A DNA stretch of 64,000 nucleotides. It comes from Phoronis australis (lineage: Eukaryota > Animalia > Phoronida). Positions 38,815 through 52,905 of this stretch are shown here, piece after piece. The notes under the pieces are model-generated. The model was given only the letters and a program-made list of their open reading frames with translations. It made no database searches and was not told the origin of the DNA. Position 1 is the stretch's first letter. Each line of letters begins with the position of its first letter. The position numbers were made by a program, and so were the translations under genes. The stretch spans positions 162,204-226,203 of the forward strand of contig NMRA01000134.1 of the NCBI GenBank assembly GCA_002633005.1, given 5' to 3'.

Positions 38815-40466
38815 AGGAGCATGCCACCCAGATCGAGTAGTTCTACTCCATAACAACACGTACGGTTGCGTTACCTGACAACTGACGGCAGACGGAGGTG
38901 TTGAAATTATCAATGACGTCATCGGTTTCACACGCAGTCTGTTCAGCAGTTCACAACACGGGTTACTGGTGTCAGCTTATCGCTTGAAGTCATCGTTTAA
39001 CACCAATAAATCATCAAACTTCGATGTAAAACCATTAAAAATACACCGAATTCTTAAAAAAACGTGTTGTTTTATTTCGCTCTTACGGATTAATTGGTAT
39101 TTGAACACACCGTAGCCTACAAAGTTCGGCAGGCCAATAAGGTCCGTAGCAGGAGTTTGGGGTGTGTTCGGAGATAATTTCGAAGTATTTTCCGTGAGAT
39201 ACAGACAAGAGACCCTAGATCTGTGTTGTTTAGACTTGTGATTTTTTGAGTTCTAAACACAAAACGCTTGCTATCCTAGCCAGTGGCTCCAGGAGCCTGA
39301 CGATCACTAGGCGCGTCGTGGCCGGCCGGATTCATGTGACTCCGCGTTATCCCGACCAGTGGCTCGGAAACTGATCAGACATCACGAACATAAACCAGCC
39401 AAAGTTCAGTGGAAACTAATCTTCCAGTTAAGAAAATACTGTACTAGTGAGCCAAGTAATGTGCACGTGATTATGTTGGGGAATTAGCCACGAAACTGCA
39501 AATCTACTTACTCGTCAGGGGCTGCGAATTCAGGTTCCGCTTTGGCCACAGCACTGTCAGGGCATTGACAATCATTATTTGAGTAATGTAAATGTAAATA
39601 AAGATTCCCCTAACACCTGGGAGTGGGATGGAAATCGAGTTATTTCACAACAATTTCTGCCAGCAAACACTAAATTAGCATGGGCTCACACGGCCTCGGT
39701 GTCCGGTCAATAGTTTTATTGCACGTAAAGCCGGTAACGCATAGATTTATTCATTGCTGGCTTCTCAAATCATTTGCTCTCACGAAAACTCCAAAGGCAT
39801 TGCAAATTGCATCTAATGAGACATACTTTGTTTCAGTTTTATATAAATATTGGTTAGGGTGAGAATAATTCATTTTGAAATAGAACGCTCAGTAATAAAC
39901 GCCAACATGGCAACTCACAATCCCGACTTAGGACGAGCTAGAGCTCATCAGTCCCGACTTCGCAGGTGAATCGTTAAGTTTTGCAGGCTATCAATTCGAA
40001 CAGGAATACAGTGATGAAGAGATACTACAGAGGCGCAGTGAACAAGCTCAGACAACGGAACGTATGGAGTTTTTTGGTAAGCCGGCATTCGTGAGGCACT
40101 GTCGACGTCTGCAGGCCACAGCCACGGAGATGTTTCACGGCCTCATACTTGCTATTTACAGCGTACACTTCATTCTTCACGACCATGAGCCACTTCCTAA
40201 GCATTTCGGACTCTCGAGGACGTAAAAAAACGATATACCCGCTTTCCTCGCAGCTGCTTAGTTCGGACAAGCGGGAACGATACACCGCAACATAGCGGCA
40301 TTCACTCTGCATATGAACCGCTGACGTCGCTAGCGTCGTTTCTCACCTTCCTCACAGGTTAACGCGACAGCTCTTGGCAAGGTAAGGTCGACCGTATGCG
40401 AGGCGATGTGGATATAGACCGATTAAGACGGCAAAAAAGACTAATTAAATCGGGTGGCATTCTCCT
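38815..40466. mobile_element. Internally deleted Kolobok-type DNA transposon with TTAA TSD
   Basis: TTAA|AGGAGCATGCCACCCAGAT ... ATCGGGTGGCATTCTCCT|TTAA. The empty site is visible in the paralogous element X (~32850). THAP-like remnant on the minus strand (~40130-40295) and a YQFEQEYSDEE remnant on the plus strand (~39985-40050). Confidence 0.85.
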
Positions 40467-41063
40467 TTAACATGCAATCAGGTCTCAGTCGTAACATCCA
40501 GAGCAGGTATACGACAGTTGTGTCTGTTTTCAATTGATAATACTAATTATGTCGTCTGCAACTCAGGCGCCGATTTCTCGGTAACTACAATATGAAATAT
40601 AGGAGATGTTACAAGTTAAATGCTCAGTTACTGTTGCTTTCATCTTTTTTAGCTCTTTTCAAGTAATAAATCGTTACATTTAAAACCGTTTCTTTTACTA
40701 GAGAAAACTTGCAACCCAACACGCAAGTACATGGATATAGGCTGTGATCCGCCACGTGAAAAGTCTGAGTGAACTATTTGGAAAATCTGGCGAACAAAAT
40801 TAAAGAAACTTAGGAACTTGGTGCCTATGGGATATAAATACAAAATGTACCTCGATTGCCGTTGATGAAGTAATATCCCACGAGACATTATTCCGCGTAT
40901 CGACGGAGACCGAAGTATATGTGCACTTTTACACAAATTCTGTATGCATTTTTACTCTGTATTTTACCCGTTGATACAGAAACATGGCAAAAACACAGAA
41001 TGTAAGCAAACAGGAGCACAGAATAAGAATGAAACAGTTCATAAAAACATTTATTTATTACAG

Positions 41064-42872
41064 AAGCCTGTAAAAAACAAGACAGAAAGCTGAGACAGTA
41101 TGATGTAGGCAGTCTACTTGAGGCATACGATAAAGTACTACGTGAGGATGGCATGTCCATTAACTCAGCAGCTGCAAATTACAATGTTCCATACCAAACG
41201 TTGAGAGATCGAGTAAGTGGGACGATAGAGCCAGAATGCGTCACAATGGGTGTGTCTCCAATCTTCGATGTGCATCACGAAGCCTTAATTGTAAAACATA
41301 TAAAAAGAAATGTCGAGACTTGGGTATGGGTGCAAAAGGCAAGAAGTCGGCGTTATGGTAACGGAGTGGTCAATCTAGCATGGAATAAGGAAGCCAAGAG
41401 AGTCCCTTTCCATTACGTGGTTTAGAGGGTTTGTAAAGCGCTTGCCAGAGGTGAGAGTTGTTGAGCTAAAGGGTCTACAATATGCGAGAGCAAAGTCTGC
41501 AAGTCAAGTGAATATTGACAAATATTTTGAAGTGCTGCATTCTGCTTTGGTGAAGTATGGTTTGGAAGTCAAAGCATATAAAGTATTTAATGTGGATGAA
41601 AAGGGTGTGACCACCAATTACAAGCCTCCACACATTTTCGCCTGCAGCAGAATGAAGTGTGCCCCTCAAGTGGTCACATCTGTGAGATCCGTGACCACAA
41701 CGGTATTGGGATGTGGCAGTGCAGCTAGCCAGGCGATCATCCCATTCTTTGTCTTTAAGGGCAAAAGATTCAGTTCAGATCTGCAAGATTCTTCTCCAGG
41801 GGCAACTGGAACACTCACAGATAGCGGATGGTCAAACTCTGAAGTCTTTCTCAAGTGGCTAGAAGATCACTTTGCGAAGTTTGTCCCAGGTGGCCTTCAG
41901 GAGCCCGTTCTACTGTTACTTGATGGCCACAAGTCACACACGGATATAAATGTAATAGAACGGGCGAAGAACTACAGCATTGCGAATCTAACTCTGCCAG
42001 CAAACACATCACACACTACAACCACTTGATGTTGGGTGTTATGGACCAGTGGGGGACGCGTGTAGCAATTTGTGCGGTGAAAGGGCCGGAATTACTCGCT
42101 TTGAACTTTGTTCCAAGGCAAGCAAAGCCTACATGATACGTTGTCTCCTGAAAATCTTCAATCGGTTTTCCGAAAGTCCGGAATATACCCGTTTGACAAT
42201 ACCGTTGTCCCCCCTGAAAGGATCACTCCATCCACAGCATTCCATGCGACTATTGGTAGAAGTGAGGTTGAAAATGATTTTTTTAGTAAACGGTTGCATA
42301 GGTGTACAGAAGAGAAGAGACCATTGTCAAGTGACTAAGTCCGTTCAAGCAGTTCTGCAAGTTTGTCTTGTAAGGTGCTGACAGAGAATGTAGAAATGCT
42401 GAAAAAGAAAAAAAGAACACAATGAAGGCACAGGTGACAAAAAGGCAAAGGTGACAAAAAAGGCACAAGAGACAAAAAAGAAACAGGTGATAAAAAGTCA
42501 AAGGTGACTACAAAGGCATGTGGAGATAAGAACAGCAACAAAAGTCAAGTTCAGAAGCCACGAAACGATAATGAACTAGGTCCATCAGGATTAAAGCCAT
42601 CACACGCTTCACATTTCGAAAGTGACAGAGCTGAGGACTCGGACACGGGGGATGAGGACAGTTGCTGCGTCTGGAACAAGTGGTCACCACTGCAACTACG
42701 CCAATGTGCGTCTCTTGTGATCATTAATTGGGGAAAATGTGAATTCCAAGACTGCAGCCACTGGACTCACCTAAGGTTTTGCTGTGAGGTGACAGCACTA
42801 AGGCGACACGACAGATTTGTTTGCCCCTGTCATAGCGTGCCATGCCATCAAAGCCAGCTCCAAGAAGAGTAA
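41064..42872 (+). pseudogene. Decayed pogo/Tigger-like transposase (psq-type HTH, CENP-B-type HTH, DDE_1, C-terminal PHD-like finger)
   Basis: SINSAAANYNVPYQTLRDRVSG; VFNVDEKG; SGWSNSEVFLKWL; LLLLDGHKSH; LPANTSH; W.KC...C.HWTHL.C....F.CPC. Several frameshifts and stops. Probable TIR remnants GAGGCCCTAA(..)AGTCG at 38054 and CGACTTTAGGGCCTC at 43201-43215. Confidence 0.9.
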
Positions 42873-43969
42873 CGAGTTATAACTAGGATCGGCTGTGCTT
42901 AACATGTTGAAAACTTAATAAGTTTAATGACTGTTGTAGTTTTAAATTTAAATCTCAAATAAAACATTACGTATTTTATCTATTAAACATCTAGTAAGCT
43001 ATTTATTTATTGTATTTAAAAGAGATTGACCAAAAGAAAGATTATTGTTGGTTACTTCATGTTAACTGGTCTAATTAAAACCGGATAATTAACAACTGAA
43101 AATGGTCTTTTTGTTACCTAAACTTGTTGTTAACAAATATCACAATTTTGATTGGTCATATTCTGTTTTCCCGTCTAGAAGAAAGAGGGCGACACGGTCA
43201 CGACTTTAGGGCCTCAAAAAAAAGAAAAAAAAAACGGCCGGCGCTTTCAAATGTCTTGCAAAAGCTTAGCCAGCCAGCTAGCTGTATGAAGACTATCGTC
43301 AAAATACAGCCAGGTACCTCTGTGTGTTTTTCTTCCATAGACCCCGAAATTGCACACAGCCAGGGTAGTTCTGCTCGTCAACTCGCCGTGAAACCTGTAT
43401 CAACATGCAGAGCTAAAGACCAAACGGGGTGCACGCAAAATCTGGGAATCAAACGACACTCACCTTGCCCGTTAGAGCCGTTTAAAAGTGGAAAACAATC
43501 TAATAAACGTCATTTTCTTGCGTAATCCTCCGCCTTTTCTGACAAAGAAAAGTTATGTCGTCGTTTTGAAAACAGTTCGCTGCATGGTGACACGCGCACG
43601 CGCCATTTCCTAAATTTTTGCGACATCTTTCGGGAGATGAGGATAGCTTGGCAGCAGCAAAATTTCTTCTGAAATTCGGTTTTTCGGTATCAATTAGTTG
43701 TGACGTGTACGCAACCTCGAGAAAGAACAACAGCTGATTGAAGAATCGGCGAAAAAATAAACTGGCCAATAGGTGACGCAATATTTCATGGCGCCGAAAG
43801 CCGACGCAGAAGATCGCTACACAACTTTAGCAGCAGAATCAACAGTAGAACACCAATTTTTCCGATACTAGAAAATAATTATATTTACTCAAATAAGTGT
43901 AGTTTTTAATGACACTAATTTTGTGTCATATTTTATCTAGTCATTTTTTACCCACATCGGTGCAAAGCT

Positions 43970-46443
43970 ATAGACTCTATTCACGCGGCGGCCATTAAGA
44001 TCCAAAGCGAGGCTCACTGCGATAAACAAAGCGAAAGTAGACATTGCGTGAGTTAAATAGCCGGTCTTACGAGTCCAACCTGGATATTAAATTTTAATGA
44101 TGTGTCGACAATTAACCACAGAGACGCAGAAAATTACATTAGAGAACAAGTTAAGGCGCCAAAGAGTTGTCTGACGAAAGGGTTTAATTTTTTTCAGAAA
44201 ACTAGGTTCGAAACATGAAAAGTAAATATGACCAAATTGCTGCGATCGTAGTGTTACGGATTAGGTATTATGCTGAATGCAGGGTTACGTTTTTTCTTGT
44301 AAATTGTTGATCAAAATATTTTCTACGCGGACCAGGTCATCTGCTCGTATTGTTGACGAGTTGAAGACANTTTTTCAGTTAGGGGGGCAGGGCACAGGAA
44401 TAAGCAGCATTTCGGCAGATGCGCACGCCCAGCTTAAACTCTGGGGATGCAGGGGTCTTGAATTCTTGGGTTTGCGGACCTGTTGACTAAAAAAAAACGG
44501 TAACGGGATTCATTCAGCGCATATGCGTTGTTTATTCACCCCCCAAGACCCGCCCTGGTTGAGCCTGCTAGTCAGCAATTCGCACCCGAACTCAAAATGG
44601 GATCTGATACAATTTTAGGCCCCCCCCCCAAATCCGTAGTCATGAAAACACAGCCTGGCTGGCCTATTCTCCGGTCGTTACGGGAACAACTGACCGACAT
44701 GCGACAAAATATGATCTAACTTTTCGAAAACATTTATAAATTTTACACGGACATATTTTGCATCGTCGCGGCAACGACCCAACGCTTCTGAATCTCAACG
44801 TCTGTAGAGATTGTGAAGCAGACAGTTGCATGTCCGTATTTTTTCTAGCCGTTCGCGGAACAACTTAACACGGTCTGAAACACCTGACAGAACTATGCCG
44901 ATAAGCTAACAGAGCATCGTAGCGAGCCTCGTTTTGGAATGCGCCTCCTGTCGGCATGAATAAGGTCTATAGACTCAATTCACGCCCACAGGAGGTGCGT
45001 TCCAAAACGAGGCTCGCTACGATAGCTCTGTTTGCTTATCGGCATAGTTGTATTTCAGTCCGCGTTGCTCCGCGAACAGCTAGAAAAAATACGGACACTC
45101 AACTGTCTGCTTTACAATCCCTAAAGACGTTGAGATTCGGAAGCGTTGGGTCGTTGCCATACGCCGCGACGAAGCAAAATATGTCCGTGTAAAATTTGTA
45201 AATGTTTTCGAAAAGTCAGATCAATTTTTGTCGCATCTCGGTTGCCAAGCATCATAGTAACGACCGGAGAATGGGCCAGCCAGGCTGTGTTTTCATGACT
45301 ACGGGTGGAAACATTATAATTTTTCTTTCCAAAAATGACAGGGCCCTCAATCCCTCGAATTTGGGGCCCAATAGCGGCCCTATTCCCCTCTCAAAAATAT
45401 CGCGAAATTCCCTCCAAGAGGCATAAAAATCATCCCCTAGTGAAAAATTCTCTCTGACTTCACATCACCTGTAACCACACAGGTGACAATTTTTAAGAGC
45501 ACAAAAGGCTACTTTAAATTGAGACAGAGTTTATGAGAGCTTGCAACAGGGCGGGGGTGCTATTGATGTTGATCGGGAGGTAGATTGTTCCCCTCACTCG
45601 GCGAAAAAATCCCCTCTCAGTAGGCACTGGCACCTTTCCCCTCGGATGAACGAGGCTCCTGGAGAAACATGATAACTATGATTGCTTTGTCCAGTTAATT
45701 GAAATAGAGTTCTAAAACGATGCTTTGGACGAACGAATGTGTTTTAATTTTAAAATTCAACTTGGGCCAGATTGATATTTGAAACCTAACACATAAAATA
45801 GATTTAAGAATTATTACAACCAAGAAGCAGAATTGATGATCAAATAATTTTTATTTTCAATTACGAGCCTGGTTTTTTATTTTGATAAAAATATATTTAA
45901 TAACATCAATTGTTCTTTCAGATCAATGACAAATCAACTGTTAGTCCCAGTGAATGCATACCTCACCTGGATCAGGCTATGCTTGATAAACAAATTAAAC
46001 CAGATGTGACTAATTGCACACGACAGCCACCACTGTCGAATACGTCTTCAACTCGCCAAGAATACGAGCAGATGACCTGGTTCGTGTAGAAAGTAATTTG
46101 ATCAACAATTTACAAGAAAAAACGTAACCCTGCATTCAGCATAATACCTAGTCCGTAACACTACGATCGCCTCAATTTGGTCATATTTACTTTTCATGTT
46201 TCGAACCTAGTTTTCCGAAAAAATAAACCCTTTCGTTTGGCAACTCTTTGGCGCCTTAGCTTGTTCTCTAATGTAATTTTTTACGTCTCTGTGGTTCATT
46301 GTCGACACATTATTAAAATTTAATGTCCAGGCTGGACTCGAAAGACGGCCGACTATTTAACTCACGCAATGTCAACTTCCGCTTAGTTTATCACAGTGAG
46401 CCTCGCTTTGGCTTTTAATGTCCGCCGCGTGAATTGGGTCTAT
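43970..46443. mobile_element. Two inverted, end-to-end copies of a non-autonomous ISL2EU-like element joined at GTCTATAGAC (44966-44975)
   Basis: 43970-44369 is inverted relative to 46043-46443, and 44634-44969 is inverted relative to 44972-45304. All four termini read AGAC...TTCAYGC next to TA. THAP remnant FTIPKDVEIRKRWVVAIRRD at ~45111-45170. Confidence 0.8.
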
Positions 46444-47654
46444 ATATTTAGTATACAGCTTTGTACCAAGGGCAGGCTAGCAAAACTCTGCCAATGGATT
46501 GAAACTGTCAGAACAGTTTAGCATTTGTGAGGACTTATGTTTACTACGACACATAATCAGTTACTGAAAGAGATCGGCTTAGTGCTTACGTTCACGACTA
46601 AGTCCTCGGTGTGTAGTACCAGAGCTTAAAAAACATGTAGGCCTATCATCAAAATGCCTTGAACAAATGAATGAAGTGTTCTTGTTGAAAGAAATGCCCT
46701 TCACATTTACGCAGGAATGAGCTTTTCCTCCCAAAGCAGATTGTAAGGTCTGCGGACGCTATGAAAACTTAATTCTTTACATTTTGCCTATGTGGCCGAA
46801 CACCCGACCACACAACCATGATTAGCAGACGACGTACTTGCCGGATGTAAAACTTGCTAACTTTGCCAGGTGTCGCTAGTGAATAATGACGTCACGGGTT
46901 CAGCGTAAGATCACAGATTTCGTCCATTAAAAATATACGGATTTGGCGGTCCACGTACTAAAGTGTTTGGTGGCAATATATAGGGATAATCTGGCCGCGG
47001 TCAAAAATAATGCGCTAGTGTTGGCTTACGAAGTAAATGCACGCGACGTCATATCTCAGCTCTGACGCAGTAAGCACGAGCCAACTGACGAAAGAAAATG
47101 GCAGTCGAGGAACAGTTTTCAGCAGCTGCTGCTGAAGCTTCATTAAGTTTTATGGCAATGTTGCAAGAGGCCGGTATGTTTGGTAATATTAATTATGATT
47201 TACGTGCTTTAGTTTCGCTGGCCTACGTGCCAATACACCAAGGGATGCAGACTAGGCAGCCACGATAGGCGCCATGATTTAGCAGAAAGTGCGAATTTAT
47301 TACATACGTCTACGCAACAATGCACATGCCTATGAAATAGAGAGATAATACGTGTATTAACTAATATAACAATTAGTGAAATGCAATAAAAACACAGTTG
47401 GTCAAACCATAGACTATAGTACATGGACAGCCAACTCCGTATATTTTCAATGGACAAGAAGACATGACGCCTTACTAGGCAACATCAGTTAGCTATTGCG
47501 TTATTTTGCGAGGCGAGAAAGGCTTGACATATTATTTTCTTGGTTATACCTGATGTTAGCACGACATATTCGGGCACTGAATAATATGTACATGTATACG
47601 GTTCGATTGCCTTACTACTATCAATAAAGTTAATACATCAAGCAAACGGTTCGT

Positions 47655-47912
47655 GCAATGTATCAGAACTAGTTCATAACACCAGACATTAGTAGAATGT
47701 ATCAAAGTTGTCTCTGTTAACATCAGACGTTGGTGCAATGTATCAAACCTGTTTTGATAACACCGGACGTTTTCATAATGTATCGTAACTGTCTTTATCA
47801 ACACCATACGTTGGTACAGTAAATCAAAACTAGATGTTGGCATAATGTGTTAAAACTGCCTTGATAACATCAGACGGTGGTACAATGCATCAAAACTCTC
47901 CATAACACCCTA
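47655..47912. repeat. Degenerate ~40-bp minisatellite
   Basis: Units AATGTATCAAAACTGT...ATAACAYCAGACGTTGGTRC. Confidence 0.8.
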
Positions 47913-48239
47913 CATTGCGATGCTCAGGAAAAAATTCAGCTGCTTACAAAATAAATGTATTCATGAAAAATATTGTTTTTAAATAAGAACACCTGCGCAG
48001 TCGGTTGGACAGAGTATGATTGTTTAACTTACACATGCTAAAAGTTTAGATTTTCGTATTTTATGTTTCATTTGTCACTGTAATATTTTGAATATATATG
48101 TAAGCAACAGACCATTCATGATTCTTTTTAGTGCAAATGCAAGACCCAATTGACAATCAGGTAGTCGGTGAAAGCATTGAAAAAAATGTTACCTCTGGCG
48201 CTAGAATGCGAGAAATATCTCCCTCAGGTAGTATAAATT

Positions 48240-48302
48240 CATACATACGTACACACATAGATACGTACATACATATATACAGTGTACATACATACATGTA
48301 CA
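48240..48302. repeat. (CATA)/(TA)-rich microsatellite
   Basis: Directly visible. Confidence 0.8.
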
Positions 48303-51149
48303 AACTACTCAAAGTAAGTATATACTTCTGTTTTTCGCTCTTAACATCCAAAAAATCGAAATAATGTACATAATTCTTGTATGTATGATTTGAATTTGAA
48401 ATTCCTAACGATTTGATGTAAATATTAGGAATTTTAGCTATTCTGTGCGTTGACACAGTTTAATGAAAATCCGCTAGTCTGAAAACGAAAGTAAAAAAAT
48501 GGATGAATTAGGGAGAGGTTCACTGCTCCAGAAAGACCTGAAATGGATATCAAAAAATAAGTTGTCACGTAGTTTCCCTTGCACTGACGAAAGCATTCGT
48601 TTTCTACCATTAAAAAGTATTGAATGGTCACTTGAGTTCAAGTGGCAGGATTTTTTGGGTTGGCAATCTCCGTCAAAGTCGATGGCTTTTTGAAACTCAT
48701 TACATTTGCTAATTTACATGATGCATTATTGGTGTTTTTACAGAAGTTAAGTCATATGGTTGAAAGTTTTAGACACACCGAGTTTTTCGACAAAATACTC
48801 GTTTTTACGGTTCATGTGTCCTACACTCTTCTCAAGTTTATGACATGGGCAAAACCTCTTGGAAATTTCGTCAAAATCCCACGGCAAGCCTCGAGACTCT
48901 ATGCTATTGTGATCCTATGAAAGGCGTTCTTAACAGTCGTCTTGAGTTTTCAACTTTGAGCCGCGGGATCCCTCGTAGCAGCAATTTCTGATAGAATCTA
49001 TGGAATCAAAAAAATCTACTTGACACGTTACAAAATTGGCTGAAACTTTACAAGTGGATTCATATCCACCTCAAACGACACCAACCAACATAATACACTC
49101 ATTGAATTCTCTGCCCATTTTCGGTATACCTTTTGAAATTTTTATTTGAAACATGGGAAGATTTCAGTTTAAAAATTACCTCTTTTGGTAACAGGACTAA
49201 TCCGTGTAGATTAGGGACTGGTATTCGTTACGGTTTGGGCATGTATAATATTCATCCCCCAGTCCAAAAATATAGTTTTCGAAGAAATGAAATTCGCCCC
49301 CTTCATGGGGTACTAGTTTTGACGTACCACCGAATTTAAGTACAAATCTCAAACTAAGTTGTTGGTAAGGATATGCCAAGCTGTAACAAAGTGACTTCTA
49401 AAATTTGTAGACGATGAATACGACATTAAAAGTAAACACTCTGGTCTTTTTTATTTCATGCTTAAAATTCAATTGAAAATGCGCATTTTTGTTCGTCAAG
49501 CACCAGGTACTTGTTGTAATTACTCAGTAACATAAAATACAAAGAGTGACTGAAAGTTTTTAATTGACATTAGAAACATTACTTAGCGGGAAGGCTTATC
49601 TTGTTTACAGTTTCTTTGCTCTCAGACTGATTGATTTTATCAGAGTTATCATCAGACTTTGTGTAAACGATAATTTCAGCAAGTGACACCCTGTGGTGCT
49701 TTAGTAGAAGAACTTCCTTTTTATGTGGAAATATAGCTGGTGTTGAGAGCAGTTTTAAAAGGTGTTCTCCATGAAAATACTGTCGTGAAGAGATATTTAT
49801 CGAACTGTAATGTGAGTGAGCCAATTTTTAATATGAACTCTATCCTGGCTAAAGTGGGCGTGTTTGGGATATTACTCGGTGCCGGGGTTTCTGCCCCGAA
49901 TGCATTTGGAACATCTGCACTTCCATCGGCTTCTTGTGAAGAGAGCTGGCCACGGAAAAAACTTCTAACGAAATTGAGTCTAGGTGGGCACTAAACAAAG
50001 GCTAACGAAGCTCCAGATTTACTCAGGACGAAAGCGTTCTTGACGGAAGGTTTGCACCTGGACATAAAACTGATGTCAAGTGTACCCCTGAGTGTTATAC
50101 ACGCAGACTTCGCTGTGTGAATATAACCGCGTTCTATAATTTGTTGAGGGACAGAAAGGGGAAACAACTCGCTCCCCACCCCCACCCCCACGATGCACTT
50201 TCTTGGGCTTCCAATAGTTCCAAAACCTAAATTAAATAGTACCTTCGAATATACTTAACGTAAACAAATCGGGATCTTTGGGCTGCTGTGTAATCACTAT
50301 ATCTAAGTAGCAAAATTGTGCAAGGTATACTCAGCAAGTGTGCATATTAACCACTAAGCTGGCAGAAGACTAAACTTTTAACTTGACGTATGTACTAAAC
50401 TAACCCAATACCACCAAATCACACTGCTTTCATATCCCCACACGCTCAGTATATCATTTGCTTCCTTTCTCCTTGAAAATGGCCAAAATCAGCCCGTTGA
50501 AAATTTGCAAAATTCTCAATTTTTGAAAAGCCAGTACTTAAATAGTAAAATGTCTATCTTAAGTATCAAATGTGTTTCTGGATCTTAAGGCCAGATACAT
50601 TCACAGAAAAAAATCCTAGCTATTCCTAACTTTTGAGATCTCTTTTAAGAGATCTATTAAAATATAGTCTTGCAAATTTGACAGCTTCTTTGCTGAAATA
50701 AATATCTAAAAAGCCATTATTTTTTCCAAGATCAGCACAAAAACGAGCCTTGTGTCAGAAAAATCAACGGTGACTTATTACATATCTAGGATAGTCCAAG
50801 TCCTCAAAGTTTCAGGAAAATATGTGACGGTCGATGAAGAAACAACCGTAGGTGCTCTCTGAAATTGTTACTGAAACCAGTCATTTTTGAACTTTCGTTT
50901 TCTGACTAGCAAATTTTCGTAAAACCGTGTTTCCTCACCTTAAAACAAAAACCAACACATGCACGTATGATTTCATGCTCTCGATTTCCTGGAAATTAGC
51001 TACGAATAACAGGTGATGCACTTATTCTTTTGAGTAGTTGGTTGTAGTTCGGTAGCAGTCCGTCGTTATTTAACGCGAACTTCGTTGAAAACACGTCATT
51101 TAGTTAATATTCAACACCTTTTGAATAACATTTTGGCGGGAACCCGAGG

Positions 51150-51332
51150 CCGGATTCCAGCCCGCTTCGCTAGAGTTTCGAGCCGTCAACTTAAAGATAC
51201 TATGTCTCATTAAATTGTGAACATACAAATGAAGTACTAGTCTACAAACAACCTCGGGTCTTCCGGTGTGCCGGAAACCATCCGAGAACCAGTTGCCATT
51301 ACAATCTCGCAAAAGTCTCATTTTGTGAGACT
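51150..51332 (-). repeat. Dispersed repeat; inverted copy at ~62158-62330
   Basis: Shared CACACCGGAAG...GGTTGTTTGTA.ACTAGTACTTCATTTG.ATGT.CACAATTTAATGAGACA.AGTATCTTTAAGT. Confidence 0.8.
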
Positions 51333-52905
51333 ATTTTATGTAAATGAGTGTAGATAGGTTTATTTCATGTAACAGGCCTCTGGCCCACATTACAAATGCA
51401 AATGAGTACGGTAATATGTCATCGTTACCCTAAAAACATGGCACAATTTTTATTGTCTGTTCATTTAACTATCAAATAACGATTACGTAATATTTGGTAT
51501 GGCTAGGTTTTCTATATGTTCCCACTTGTTTTACAGTGTAACAGTTCTGGTGTTTTTTTAAACCGCAATTTATTTACAAACTGTTTCTTTTCATGATTAT
51601 ACTTGTATACGCAGTTCTCCAGGAAGTCACAAGGTGGCGCTTGCTACAAATTTAGATATTTAACAATTTATTGCATCCATAGTAGATTGTGAAAGAGTTT
51701 CGGATACTAAATTAAGTACAATTTTTAGTGTGTTGGACTTATGCAATCTCCCTAATGCTGATATTTTACTTATTGTGAAGTTTTTTAGGTTATCTCAAAC
51801 ATTAGTTAGTGACCTTTCAACTCATAACAAAAAACAAGTAGTACAAGTACATATTTTCTTAAAAAAAGATCAGAAATTATTGAATTATGGTTTTATTTAT
51901 GTGCCATCATCATTATAATGTAGCCTCCTTTTAAGTCAAAATTCTATTTTTAAGAAAGGTACATTCGATAGCAAAATTAAACCTAGGTTAATTTTAATGG
52001 AACCCTTTCTAAACGAAAACATAATTTACCTAAGCAATGCTGATAGGAGTTTCAAATTAACTCGCAAAACGTAGATTTTTTGTAAAAAATATCAGTTGTA
52101 TTCTTCTATCTTACGGTACGCAAAAACTAGGCGTTTAATAGGAAAATCCAAACATTGTTTTTTAGATTGATGAATGAATATTAAGTGCTAGTCCACGAGA
52201 GCACCAGCCATGAGCGGCAAGGTGGGGGTCAGCCGATTTTCACCAGATTTGGCACATAGGTAGTCCTATGGGATCTATAAACAGCGGTAAAATATTTCCT
52301 CAAAATATTGCGTTTTTCTAAAGNTTGTAAAAAATATCAGTTGTATTCTTCTATCTTACGGTACGCAAAAACTAGGCGTTTAATAGGAAAATCCAAACAT
52401 CGTTTTTTAGATTGATGAATGAATATTAAATCTGGAAAGTTTCAATGAAATTCACTCTAACTGTTTTAAAGAACTCCTGTTCTCAAGCTCAAATTAAGTC
52501 GATTTGCCGAAGCTGAGAAAAAGCAAAAAACATGTCGAGTCTTCAAAATCTAACTGTTATCGTTTAATTATTCGCTGAAAACCTGTTTTAGGTCAATATA
52601 ACCTATACATACCTTAACCGTGTTCGCAATTTCAACATCAACTCGCAATTTGGGGTGCGTAATTAACTTAATTATCACTAAAACGTTTTAATTTTGTTAC
52701 TATGTGTCTAGTGTAACTAGGACAAAGGCAGGGTCAGTTATATAGGGCAAGTTACCTGCAAACGTCTGGTATAACGATGCCAGTCCTGTCATCATGTGGA
52801 AGTCCTCATTACTTGGCTGTTTTGGCGCTCTTTGCAATGCTCTTTCAGCCAGGTAAGCCATGTCACCCACCACTCTATTCCCCCCCTCTCTCACTCTCTC
52901 TCTCT

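Noticed and set aside
48430-52080. Probable large decayed DNA transposon
   Set aside because: The texture is repeat-like, but no TIR pair, TSD or transposase motif could be pinned down.
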